Positions 10,036 to 19,218 of a stretch of 64,000 nt of DNA are shown here, one piece after another. This DNA is from Opitutaceae bacterium. GTDB lineage: Bacteria; Verrucomicrobiota; Verrucomicrobiia; Opitutales; Coraliomargaritaceae. The notes under the pieces were generated by a model. It did no database searches and had not been told where the DNA came from. It saw only the letters and a program-made list of their open reading frames with translations. The stretch is from contig JBPOFY010000006.1 of assembly GCA_051252375.1 (NCBI GenBank), positions 118,786 through 182,785 on the forward strand, read 5' to 3'. The number at the start of each line of letters is the position of its first letter. Position 1 is the first letter of the stretch. The position numbers were made by a program, and so were the translations under genes.

Positions 10036-11310
10036 ATGATCGATATTAAGCTCCTTCGCGAGCAGCCGGAGTTCGTCCGCGCTGCCATTGCTAATAAAAA
10101 ATTCAAGACCGACATCGATGCGGTCTTGGAACTTGACGCTACCCGCCGCTCTAAGATTACGGATGCGGAACAAGCCCGGGCGGCTCAAAAAGCGGCCAAT
10201 CAGGAAATGGCTGCGTTGCCGAAGGGCTCTCCTGAGTTTATAGCGAAAGTAGGGGAGATGAAGAGCATCGCCGCCAGCGCTAAAGAGCTGGAGTCGGAAG
10301 CGAAAGCAGCCGACGAAGCCTTTCAAGAAGCTTTTCTCTCCATTCCGAATCTTCCGGATCCATCGGTTCCCATTGGGAAGGGCGAAGACGAGAATGTGGT
10401 CGCTTCGACTTGGGGCGATGCGGATGCCGAATTTCCGAATGCATTGCCGCACTTCGATATTCCATGGTTTGAATCGCGTGTTGATTTTGCCCGTGGGGTG
10501 AAGACTGCCGGTGCAGGCTTTCCTTTCTATGTCGGTGAGATGTCACGCTTAGTGCGTGCGTTGATTAATTTCTTTTTAGAAGAAGCCCGTCAAAATGGTT
10601 ACGAAGAGGTCCTACCTCCGATCGTAGTGAATGCTGAGAGCGCGACCGCAACTGGCCAATTGCCTGATAAAGAAGGTCAGATGTATTTCGACGAGAAAGA
10701 AGGTCTCTATCTCATTCCGACCGCTGAGGTGCCAGTGACTAACTTCTATCGCGACGAAATTTTTGATGCCGATCAGTTGCCAGTCTATCGTTGCGCATAC
10801 ACACCTTGCTTCCGTCGTGAAGCTGGTAGTTGGGGTGCTCACGTGCGTGGCCTAAATCGCCTGCACCAGTTCGATAAGGTCGAATTGGTGAAGTGGACCG
10901 ACAACGAGAGCAGCATGGAAGAGCTCGAAAAGCTGCGCGACAACGTCGAAGGCACGCTACAAAAGCTCGGTCTGCCATACCGCGTGTTACGCATGTGCAC
11001 CGGCGACATCGGTTTTACACACGCAAAGCAATACGACCTCGAAGTCTTTGCCGCTGGTCAAAAGCGTTGGCTCGAAGTCTCCAGTTGCAGTAATTTCACT
11101 GATTTCCAAGCGCGTCGTGCCGGCATCCGTTATCGTGGTGCCGATGGCAAGCCGCTGACCGCACACACACTCAATGGCTCCGGTCTTGCTGTGCCTCGTG
11201 TATTGGCAGCGATTTTGGAAAACAACCTACAAGCCGATGGCCGCGTGAAGGTCCCTGACTGTCTACAATATTGGATGCAGCAGGAATTTATTGGCGAGCT
11301 CAAGGCGTAG
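10036..11310 (+). CDS. serS: Serine--tRNA ligase
   Basis: MIDIKLLR start (ATG 10036), IPTAEVP, FRREAG, GLNRLHQFDKVE, EVSSCSN, TLNGSGLA. Confidence 0.97.
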   Translation: MIDIKLLREQPEFVRAAIANKKFKTDIDAVLELDATRRSKITDAEQARAAQKAANQEMAALPKGSPEFIAKVGEMKSIAASAKELESEAKAADEAFQEAFLSIPNLPDPSVPIGKGEDENVVASTWGDADAEFPNALPHFDIPWFESRVDFARGVKTAGAGFPFYVGEMSRLVRALINFFLEEARQNGYEEVLPPIVVNAESATATGQLPDKEGQMYFDEKEGLYLIPTAEVPVTNFYRDEIFDADQLPVYRCAYTPCFRREAGSWGAHVRGLNRLHQFDKVELVKWTDNESSMEELEKLRDNVEGTLQKLGLPYRVLRMCTGDIGFTHAKQYDLEVFAAGQKRWLEVSSCSNFTDFQARRAGIRYRGADGKPLTAHTLNGSGLAVPRVLAAILENNLQADGRVKVPDCLQYWMQQEFIGELKA

Positions 11311-11341
11311 TCGGGGGACAGAATTACGAATTTGCATTTTG

Positions 11342-11442
11342 TGTAGCCACGTCACTCTGTGACGTGATCTTGTCGGATGTGTGACGTGCTGGTTAGAGTT
11401 GAGAGGTCATCTATGACACGGTAGGGGACTGCCGTGGCTACA
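11342..11442. repeat. Inverted pair of GTAG-type REP-like palindromes (REPIN-like)
   Basis: TGTAGCCACGTCACTCTGTGACGTG at 11342 and inverted CACGGTAGGGGACTGCCGTGGCTACA ending at 11442. Each is GTAG plus a hairpin. Confidence 0.65.
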
Positions 11443-11585
11443 AAACTGTTCTCTGTGATTTGGCTTTTCGGGTTTGTTTATATCGTCGCTGTTGCTGTTT
11501 CAGCAAAGAATTCGGCATTATCTGCGTGAAATTACGTAGATGCTAAAGCTTGCTTTGAGCCACCACATGCCAAGTATTCAGTTCA

Positions 11586-11825
11586 ATGGAAGAACTTAAA
11601 GAAGCCTTAATGTCACGGAACATCATCGTATGGATTATATTCGTTGTTGTTTTGGTAGTGATTCTGAAGTTCCTAAAAAGTGCGAGCAAGTGGTTCATCC
11701 TCTTATTGGCGGTCATTGTTATGGGCTTCGTTTTGCACAAGGTATCCCCTGGAGTGGTCGATCCTTTGATTGATTTTGTCCGTGGTGGCTGGCTGGGTGA
11801 ACATCGCCCAGAAGGTTCTTGGTAG
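11586..11825 (+). CDS. Small membrane protein, two predicted TM helices
   Basis: 79-aa ORF with two hydrophobic stretches, co-oriented between serS and proS. Confidence 0.6.
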   Translation: MEELKEALMSRNIIVWIIFVVVLVVILKFLKSASKWFILLLAVIVMGFVLHKVSPGVVDPLIDFVRGGWLGEHRPEGSW

Positions 11826-11873
11826 CACTTTGGCATTGCAGGCTAGGCGTTGGGCACTTTGCTTGCTGCCCTT

Positions 11874-13394
11874 ATGGCTAAACAGGCACAAACCGCTATC
11901 ACTCCAACTCGCGAAGAAGACTATCCCGAATGGTATCAACAGGTCGTTAAGGCCGCCGATCTCGCAGAGACTTCGCCCGTGCGCGGCTGCATGGTGATCA
12001 AACCATGGGGTTATGCGATCTGGGAGAATATCCAGCGCGACCTTGATCGTCGTTTTAAAGAGACTGGACATAAGAACGCCTATTTTCCGCTCTTCATCCC
12101 CATGAGTTTTTTGCAGAAGGAAGCGGACCACGTCGAAGGCTTCGCCAAGGAGTGCGCCGTGGTCACACACTCGCGCCTCGAAGCAGATGAGGATGGTAAG
12201 CTACAGCCCGCTGGTCCACTCGAAGAGCCACTCATCGTGCGCCCAACATCAGAGACCATCATCGGCGATCTTTTTTCCAAGTGGGTGCAGTCCTACCGTG
12301 ACCTGCCATTGTTGATCAACCAATGGGCCAACGTCGTTCGCTGGGAAATGCGCACACGTCTGTTTCTCCGCACCACAGAGTTTCTCTGGCAGGAGGGTCA
12401 CACCGTGCACGCGACCTCAGAAGACGCGATGGAAGAGACGCGCAAGATGCTCGAAGTTTACGCCGACTTTTCCGAGAAATACATGGCTGTGCCTGTGCTC
12501 ACTGGTGAAAAGACCGAAGCAGAGCGCTTCCCCGGTGCCGATGCGACCTTCGCCATTGAAGCCATGATGCAGGACCGCAAGGCACTACAAGCCGGCACCT
12601 CGCACTTTCTTGGGCAAAATTTCGCCAAGTCCAGCAACATCAAATATCTCAGTGCCGAAGGCAAAGAGGAGTTTGCTTGGACTACCTCTTGGGGTGTTTC
12701 CACTCGCTTGATCGGTGGATTGATTATGACGCACTCTGACGATGACGGCCTAGTCTTGCCGCCGCGTATCGCACCTTCGCACCTCGTCATCATTCCTGTC
12801 ACACCGAAGGAAGAAACACGTCAGCAAGTGCTCGATTACTGCACTGAGTTGAAGAAAGACTTGGAAGCGCAAAACTATCTCGATGGTCGCGTGCGTGTTG
12901 AATTTGACGACCGTGATATTCGCGGTGGCGAAAAAGCCTGGGGCTGGATTAAAAAGGGCATTCCGCTTCGCGTTGAAGTCGGCCCGCGCGATATGGATGG
13001 CAATTCCGTGTTCGTTGGTCGCCGTGACCGCGCACCGAAAGACAAACAAAGCTATGGCCGCGATGAATTCGTCAGTGGCGTAGTCGATCTGCTTGAAGAT
13101 ATACAAGACACCTTACTCGCTCGTGCGAAGAAGTTCCGCAAGGAGCACACCAGAGAGATCACTAGCGAAGCAGAATTCGTCGCATTCTTCACACCGAAGA
13201 ATGCGGACAATCCCGAAATTCACGGCGGCTTTGCCTCGACCGGTTTCTGCTGCGATCCCGAGCTAGAAGATCAAATCGCGAAAAAATATAAAGTGACCGT
13301 GCGCTGCATACCCAACGCAACCGTCAATGAAGTCGTGCCCTGTGCTTTCACCGGTAAGCCAGGTAAGCGCGTCATCTTTGCGAAGAGTTACTAG
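11874..13394 (+). CDS. proS: Proline--tRNA ligase (archaeal/eukaryote-type)
   Basis: VRPTSETII, NQWANVVRWE, EFLWQEGHT, QAGTSHFLGQNF, SWGVSTR and C-terminal FAKSY; no editing insertion. Start ATG 11874. Confidence 0.97.
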   Translation: MAKQAQTAITPTREEDYPEWYQQVVKAADLAETSPVRGCMVIKPWGYAIWENIQRDLDRRFKETGHKNAYFPLFIPMSFLQKEADHVEGFAKECAVVTHSRLEADEDGKLQPAGPLEEPLIVRPTSETIIGDLFSKWVQSYRDLPLLINQWANVVRWEMRTRLFLRTTEFLWQEGHTVHATSEDAMEETRKMLEVYADFSEKYMAVPVLTGEKTEAERFPGADATFAIEAMMQDRKALQAGTSHFLGQNFAKSSNIKYLSAEGKEEFAWTTSWGVSTRLIGGLIMTHSDDDGLVLPPRIAPSHLVIIPVTPKEETRQQVLDYCTELKKDLEAQNYLDGRVRVEFDDRDIRGGEKAWGWIKKGIPLRVEVGPRDMDGNSVFVGRRDRAPKDKQSYGRDEFVSGVVDLLEDIQDTLLARAKKFRKEHTREITSEAEFVAFFTPKNADNPEIHGGFASTGFCCDPELEDQIAKKYKVTVRCIPNATVNEVVPCAFTGKPGKRVIFAKSY

Positions 13395-13398
13395 TTCT

Positions 13399-13422
13399 GG
13401 AGGGCGACGCTCCGTCGTCGCC
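13399..13422. repeat. REP-like palindrome / possible bidirectional terminator between convergent proS and sulfatase
   Basis: GGAG-GGCGACG-CTCCGT-CGTCGCC hairpin. Confidence 0.5.
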
Positions 13423-13443
13423 GATCTTCATTAAGCAACCGAC

Positions 13444-14832
13444 TTATGACCGAGAGGTCTTTGCTAGGTCGGAGCTGACATCTTCGAACCAAGCGAGTAG
13501 GTCGGCCTCGAGTCGCGCGACGCGATCGGGGTGGCTCTGCGCTAGGTTGTTTTGTTCTGAGGGGTCTTCCTTGATGTTGTAGAGCTCAACGGGCGGAGGC
13601 GCGGGTATATCAATGTGCGGCTTCGGGTCGGTGATGATACCGTTCTCGATGAAGTGCTCTGGATTATACATGGAAACGTCGAGCCACTGAATGTCAGGCA
13701 CTTCGAGTGCTTCGGGCAAGAATGGGCGCACTAACTTCCAGTCGCCGTCGCGGATAGCAGCGTTGTATTCGATTAGTGGGTCGTAGCGGTTCCATTGCCA
13801 GCAGCGCTTGGGCTCGTAGATATCCGCTTCGCCGCGGATGGCTGCGCTTTGATCGACACCGTCAAGCTTGATGTCTTTTGGCGCGTCGATCCCAGCGAGG
13901 CTGAGAATGGTGGGTAGCCAATCTGTCATGTGGAAGAACCCATCGTCAGCAGTCTTGTTGTGATCAAGCCCAGCCGGCCAACGAATGACCGCCGGCACGC
14001 GAATGCCACCTTCATAAGTGCAGCCTTTGGCGCCGTGTAGCTCACAGTTGAAGCGGTCGAGGGTGCTGTCACCTTCGGGGCCGAATTGTGGGCCGTTGTC
14101 GCTGGAGAAAATGATCAAGGTGTTTTCACGTAGGCCGAGTCGGTCGACGTTTACGAGCAGACGACCGACATTGCTGTCCAGTCGGCGGATCATGGCGTAG
14201 AGCGTCCTTACGGCTTCGCTCAAGTCTTCGCGGTCGCGGAAGACGGCCATGTCCTCCTCCGGTGCCTGAAGTGGTGTGTGAGGCGCGTTGTAGGTGAGGT
14301 GTAGGTAGAAAGGGTCTTTCTTCGGTCTGTGCTGGAGGAAGTTAATCGCTTCGTCTGTCCAGTAGTCGGTCAGGTAGCGGCCGTCGGAGCGCATTACGCG
14401 GTCGCCCGATTCGAGGCGCCAATCGTAGTAGTCGTGCATGCCACCGCGAAAGCAGATGGCGTCGTCGAAGCCACGGTTTTCCGGCTTATAGCGGGGGTCG
14501 AAGGCGCCAAGGTGCCATTTGCCGATCAGCCCCGTGCGGTAACCTTCGCGGCGCAGCATGTCGGCGATGGTCACTTCGCTGAGATCGAGTCGTTCCAGAC
14601 CGCGCCACTCCAGAGTGTCGATCGATCCCGTGCGGTGCGGGTAGCGCCCGGTCAGCAACGAAGCGCGCGACGGATTACAGACTGGCGAGCTGGTATAGTG
14701 CTGCGATAGGCAGGTGCTTTCTTGAATGAACTGATCGAGATTCGGCGTCTCGCTGAGACCATTGTTGAAACAGCTGAAGTCTCCATAGCCGAGGTCGTCG
14801 ACGAGGATGTGTATGATGTTCGGACGGGACAT
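13444..14832 (-). CDS. Arylsulfatase-family (S1) sulfatase, no signal peptide
   Basis: PNIIHILVDDLGYGD, formylglycine motif CNPSRASLLTGR, GKWHLG, SSDNG, YEGGIRVP. Start at ATG 14832 (MSRPN). Confidence 0.93.
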   Translation of the reverse strand: MSRPNIIHILVDDLGYGDFSCFNNGLSETPNLDQFIQESTCLSQHYTSSPVCNPSRASLLTGRYPHRTGSIDTLEWRGLERLDLSEVTIADMLRREGYRTGLIGKWHLGAFDPRYKPENRGFDDAICFRGGMHDYYDWRLESGDRVMRSDGRYLTDYWTDEAINFLQHRPKKDPFYLHLTYNAPHTPLQAPEEDMAVFRDREDLSEAVRTLYAMIRRLDSNVGRLLVNVDRLGLRENTLIIFSSDNGPQFGPEGDSTLDRFNCELHGAKGCTYEGGIRVPAVIRWPAGLDHNKTADDGFFHMTDWLPTILSLAGIDAPKDIKLDGVDQSAAIRGEADIYEPKRCWQWNRYDPLIEYNAAIRDGDWKLVRPFLPEALEVPDIQWLDVSMYNPEHFIENGIITDPKPHIDIPAPPPVELYNIKEDPSEQNNLAQSHPDRVARLEADLLAWFEDVSSDLAKTSRS

Positions 14833-15097
14833 ATTATATGAAAGCACTGAAGTGTTATAGTAGTATACATCTGATTTTGATGTCCTTCTTTTTGCGAGAA
14901 AATTGTCGGTTCAATTTTTACGAAATGTAAGATTTATGGTCCTTTAATGCGCTTTACTATCTCTTCTAATCGGGGCGTTTGTTGAACTTACATGCTCAAA
15001 TCGTGTCGTTTCACTTATATCTAGTAATTAGGGTGAAATAATTATTGTTAGTATTCACTTTTTTGATCATGTTTTCGTAATTCTGTAAAAAACACCC

Positions 15098-16933
15098 ATG
15101 AAAATTTCCCATTTTTACCCATTAATCAGTTTCTGTTTCGCTGCCTTGTTGCCGACTTTTATTCATGCAGAGCCAGCTGCGGAGAAGCCCAATATCATAT
15201 TCATTCTAACGGATGACCAAGGTTATGGTGACTTGGAGCGCCATGGGCATCCGTATCTTAAGACACCGAACATCAATCGCTTACACGATGAAAGTGTGCG
15301 CTTTGATAATTTTTACGTCAGTCCCTCGTGTTCCCCTACACGTGCGGCGTTGATGACTGGAATGCATGAGTTCCGAGCCGGAGTGACGCATACGTTGATC
15401 CCTCGCGAGCACATGAGCCTCGATCTAGTCACTCTTCCGGAGTTGCTTAAGACAGTCGGCTATCATACGGGTTTTATCGGTAAGTGGCATTTGGGCGGGC
15501 AGGGCGCTTACGGACCGACACGGCGAGGTTTTGATTGGATGGCAACAAATCCCGGTGGTCCACGCATACATTTTGATCCCGACATGGTTCGCAATGGTAA
15601 GCGCTTTAAGGCAAAGGGGTTCCGTGAAGATCTCTTCTTCGATGAAGCCATGACGTTCATCGAAGAATCTGGCGACGAACCGTTTTTCTGTTATCTGGCG
15701 ACGTATTCTCCCCACACGCCTTTGGCGGCACCAGACAAGTTTATCGCTCCCTTCCGTGAGGCTGGTTTGAACGACACGCATGCCACTTATTTAGCCATGA
15801 TTGAGAATGTGGATTATAATGTAGGGCGCTTGCTCACTTTCCTCGAAGAAAAGCAGTTGGATGAAAACACGATCATTCTGTTTATGAATGACAACGGCGT
15901 GACGGAAGGTCTCGACGTTTACAATGCCGGCATGCGTGGTTCTAAAGCGACAATCTGGGAAGGAGGCTCGCGGGCGATGTCCTTCTGGCGCTGGCCGGAG
16001 CACTGGAAACCGCAGACTCATAATAATCTATCTGCTCATATCGATGTCTTACCCACCTTGTGTGAAATCGCAGGCGTCCAGGTTCCAGTGGAAACGCAAT
16101 CTGAACTGCAAGGCTTCAGTCTGATTCCGTTGCTTGAGGCAGATGGGCAACAGGACTGGCACGAAGGTCGGCTGTTGTATCACCATGTGGCACGTTGGCC
16201 GAGTGGCCTAGCCGCTTCGCACAAGTATGCGATGGCTGGCGTGCGAAAAGGCAACTACTTGCTGCTGCAAAGCGCACCTTGTGACGACCCGGATTGTTTG
16301 CCTACACAGAGCGGTTGCGCGCGCCTGCGACAAATCAATAAGGGGGCAAAGACCACGACCTATGCATATGGAACTGCGCAGTTCCACTGGGCGACGACTC
16401 CCTTGGGGACTTGGGCTTTGTTTGATGTGAAGGCGGATCCTGCTTGTAAGGCGGACTTGGCTAAGACGCATCCCGAGATGGTCTCCGAAATGGCGGCGAA
16501 GTATGAGCAGTGGTGGGATGAAACTTATCCTGTCATGATCGCCCGTGGCGGTGATAAGGGTGATCCGGATGCAGACCTGAAAGCCTCTACGAAAGCTCGC
16601 GAATGGAAAGGCCCCACGTCGGATGTTGAAGCTGAAAAAACACCAGCGAATAGTAGTGCTGCCATGGCGCGATTTAATCGCTTGGACGCAAATGGAGACA
16701 GTAAGATTACTGCCGAAGAATACGTCGCCCCATTCTTGAAGCAGCTATCGATTAAAGATTCGGATCACGATGGTGTGCTGAGCCATAAAGAATTGAATGT
16801 TCCTCATTTTAATTCTATGGATAAGGATCAAAGTGGTCAGCTCACCATTGATGAAATCCAACAATTCTATATCCAGCAATTTAAGAAGCTTGATCATGAC
16901 CAGAGCGGTGCGATCAGTGCAGATGAAATGTAG
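15098..16933 (+). CDS. Secreted S1 sulfatase with C-terminal EF-hand repeats
   Basis: Signal peptide, PNIIFILTDDQGYGD, CSPTRAALMTG, GKWHLG; EF-hand loops DANGDSKIT, DSDHDGVLS, DKDQSGQLT, DHDQSGAIS. Confidence 0.92.
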   Translation: MKISHFYPLISFCFAALLPTFIHAEPAAEKPNIIFILTDDQGYGDLERHGHPYLKTPNINRLHDESVRFDNFYVSPSCSPTRAALMTGMHEFRAGVTHTLIPREHMSLDLVTLPELLKTVGYHTGFIGKWHLGGQGAYGPTRRGFDWMATNPGGPRIHFDPDMVRNGKRFKAKGFREDLFFDEAMTFIEESGDEPFFCYLATYSPHTPLAAPDKFIAPFREAGLNDTHATYLAMIENVDYNVGRLLTFLEEKQLDENTIILFMNDNGVTEGLDVYNAGMRGSKATIWEGGSRAMSFWRWPEHWKPQTHNNLSAHIDVLPTLCEIAGVQVPVETQSELQGFSLIPLLEADGQQDWHEGRLLYHHVARWPSGLAASHKYAMAGVRKGNYLLLQSAPCDDPDCLPTQSGCARLRQINKGAKTTTYAYGTAQFHWATTPLGTWALFDVKADPACKADLAKTHPEMVSEMAAKYEQWWDETYPVMIARGGDKGDPDADLKASTKAREWKGPTSDVEAEKTPANSSAAMARFNRLDANGDSKITAEEYVAPFLKQLSIKDSDHDGVLSHKELNVPHFNSMDKDQSGQLTIDEIQQFYIQQFKKLDHDQSGAISADEM

Positions 16934-17010
16934 TTGTGACTGTATTCGGAGACGAGAGGTCCTACTAAGTCGTCATCGGCTAAATTCTAACGACTAATAT
17001 TATACTGCTT

Positions 17011-17133
17011 ATGAAACGCCTATTAATTAGCACTCGGCATAACGACGATGGCAATGCGGCTTTTATTGATGGGCACGTTGAGTCCTTTGCTTGGCGTGAA
17101 ATGAAGCAAAAACACGTTTATATTGAGAATTAG
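17011..17133 (+). pseudogene. 40-codon remnant or mini-gene carrying an H-X9-DG prepilin-processing-associated motif
   Basis: Manual translation MKRLLISTRHNDDGNAAFIDGHVESFAWREMKQKHVYIEN*, with exact H-x9-DG-H spacing. Resembles the C-terminus of 62847..63506 (ANVLFFDGHVQS). Confidence 0.6.
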
Positions 17134-17307
17134 GTGTTGCTCAGTACCCTCAGGAGTTTCTGATCTAGGGTATATCTTTCTTACTGCAACTACTAGGTTG
17201 CATACCTGATTCGAGGGCTTTGACTGTTGCAAAATATTTTTCAAGAAATCTCTCGTATTGTGCGATGACCACTTCTATGTTTTAGTATTAACATTGTATC
17301 CCAAATT

Positions 17308-19155
17308 ATGTATTCCCTCGAACTCCTAGACTACGCTGTCATTCTCGTTATCCTGCTCTCATTAATTGGGGTAGGTTTGTTTTTCACTAAGAAGGGAGGC
17401 GAGGATATGGACTCCTTCTTCGTTTCCGGTCGCTCCTTACCCTGGTATATTGCAGGCACGTCGATGATCGCGACGAGTTTCGCAGCCGATACGCCGCTTT
17501 GGGTCAGTGCACTCGTGCGGAGTCACGGTATACACTACATTTGGCAATTCTGGGCACCGCTGATTGGCTCCGTTCTCGCAGTGGTGTATTTCTCTCGTAA
17601 ATGGCGTCGGATGGCCTTTGTCACTGATATCGAGTTTATGGAAGCCCGCTATGGCGGCACTCCAGCAAAGGCGATGCGTGGTTGGTCGGGTGCTTGGGGT
17701 GCGCTCTTCATCTGCCCTTTGATCTCCGCATGGGTGATCAAGGCGATGGAAACGATCGGTCGCGAGGCAGTTGGTTTGCCTGCGGAATATCAAATACCTG
17801 TGACGATTGCCGTTGTGGCGGTTGCCATCTTGATGTGCGGACTGTCCGGACTCTTTGGGGTGGTTTATACAGACTTTATTCAGTTTATTTTAGCCACTTT
17901 TGGCACGGTGCTTTTGGCCGTACTCGCAGTGCGCGAAGTGGGTGGTTTGGATTCACTCGTTGAGCAGTTACGCTTATTGGAAAATTGGGGCGGCACTGAT
18001 CTCAGCATTGCACCGAAGATCGGCAGCGGAGCAGGGGAGATGTCGATGTGGAATGCCATTGGCTTCTTTGGCTTTCTTTGGATCGGCGTTGGTTTGAGCG
18101 GTGGCTATCAAGCGCAAAGGTTATTGGCGAGTAAGGATGCGAAAAATGCATCTTTTGCGCAGCTACTTCACTCGATTGTGTATTTTTCCTTTATGGCCTG
18201 GCCTTGGATTTTGGTGGCGCTCTGCTCGCTCATTTTGATTCCTGAGCTGGGAGAAGGCGTGAACCACGCTGCAGCTTATCCTCGTATGATTGTTATGATT
18301 ATGCCGGTGGGCTTTAAAGGGTTGCTCGTCGCAGCACTACTCGCTGCGTTCATTTCGACGATCAGCACACTCTTCAATTGGGGCTCTTCATATTTGGTGA
18401 ACGACGTATATCGCCGCTTCATGAATCCTAATGCAAATGAGAAAAACTACGTTTTCATCGCGCGTATTTTAACAGTACTAATGGCTGTTGCTGGCGCGAC
18501 TATTTCGATCAAAGCACCTGACATTCAAACTCTATTGACTCTAGCTTTCGTGTTGGGCTCTGCGGGTGTAGTGCCTGGTGTAGTGCGTTGGCTCTGGTGG
18601 CGCACCACTGGTAAGGCTGAAGTGATCGCTCTCATCGTGGGTTGGGTCATGGCGATTTTAATGTTATTCATGAGGGTCTTTGATAATCCATTCACTGATA
18701 AACTTTTCGGCGCGGGTATGAGTGAGGATGGGGTGCAATTTCACTTAAGTAATGATCCGAATCTAGTTGGTGCGCGTATGCTCGTCATGGTTGTGGCTGT
18801 TGGACTTGCCGTCATCATTGGTTCACTTCTGACAAAGCCAGAGGATATGAATCGTCTTAAAGCATTTGCTGCGCGTGCGCGTCCGTTCGCATTCGGTTGG
18901 CGGCCAGTGGTCAGTCAAATGGAAGTCGTCTATATCGAAGAAGAGCCGATTGGACGCACGCTATGCTCTTGGGGGATCGGATTGATTGCGATGACCTCGA
19001 TCCTGTTCGGCATCGGGAAGTTGCTGCTCGGACCGCGTCCTTTAGGGTTGGGTTTAATAGTCGTTGGAGCGGTCTTCTTTGTTTGGCTAGTGCGTCGGAC
19101 TAAGAAGGACTGCGAGAACGACGTCGATGAGCCAGATTTCTTGAGCAATAAGTAA
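17308..19155 (+). CDS. Sodium:solute symporter (SSS family)
   Basis: FFVSGRSLPW, SMIATSFAADTPL, QRLLA, AAFISTIS...NDVY; many TM helices. Confidence 0.9.
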   Translation: MYSLELLDYAVILVILLSLIGVGLFFTKKGGEDMDSFFVSGRSLPWYIAGTSMIATSFAADTPLWVSALVRSHGIHYIWQFWAPLIGSVLAVVYFSRKWRRMAFVTDIEFMEARYGGTPAKAMRGWSGAWGALFICPLISAWVIKAMETIGREAVGLPAEYQIPVTIAVVAVAILMCGLSGLFGVVYTDFIQFILATFGTVLLAVLAVREVGGLDSLVEQLRLLENWGGTDLSIAPKIGSGAGEMSMWNAIGFFGFLWIGVGLSGGYQAQRLLASKDAKNASFAQLLHSIVYFSFMAWPWILVALCSLILIPELGEGVNHAAAYPRMIVMIMPVGFKGLLVAALLAAFISTISTLFNWGSSYLVNDVYRRFMNPNANEKNYVFIARILTVLMAVAGATISIKAPDIQTLLTLAFVLGSAGVVPGVVRWLWWRTTGKAEVIALIVGWVMAILMLFMRVFDNPFTDKLFGAGMSEDGVQFHLSNDPNLVGARMLVMVVAVGLAVIIGSLLTKPEDMNRLKAFAARARPFAFGWRPVVSQMEVVYIEEEPIGRTLCSWGIGLIAMTSILFGIGKLLLGPRPLGLGLIVVGAVFFVWLVRRTKKDCENDVDEPDFLSNK

Positions 19156-19218
19156 TTATTGAATTTTAAAGTCAGAACACATTAACAGATTTCTTTGTAT
19201 AAAATTGTTAGTAGCAAA

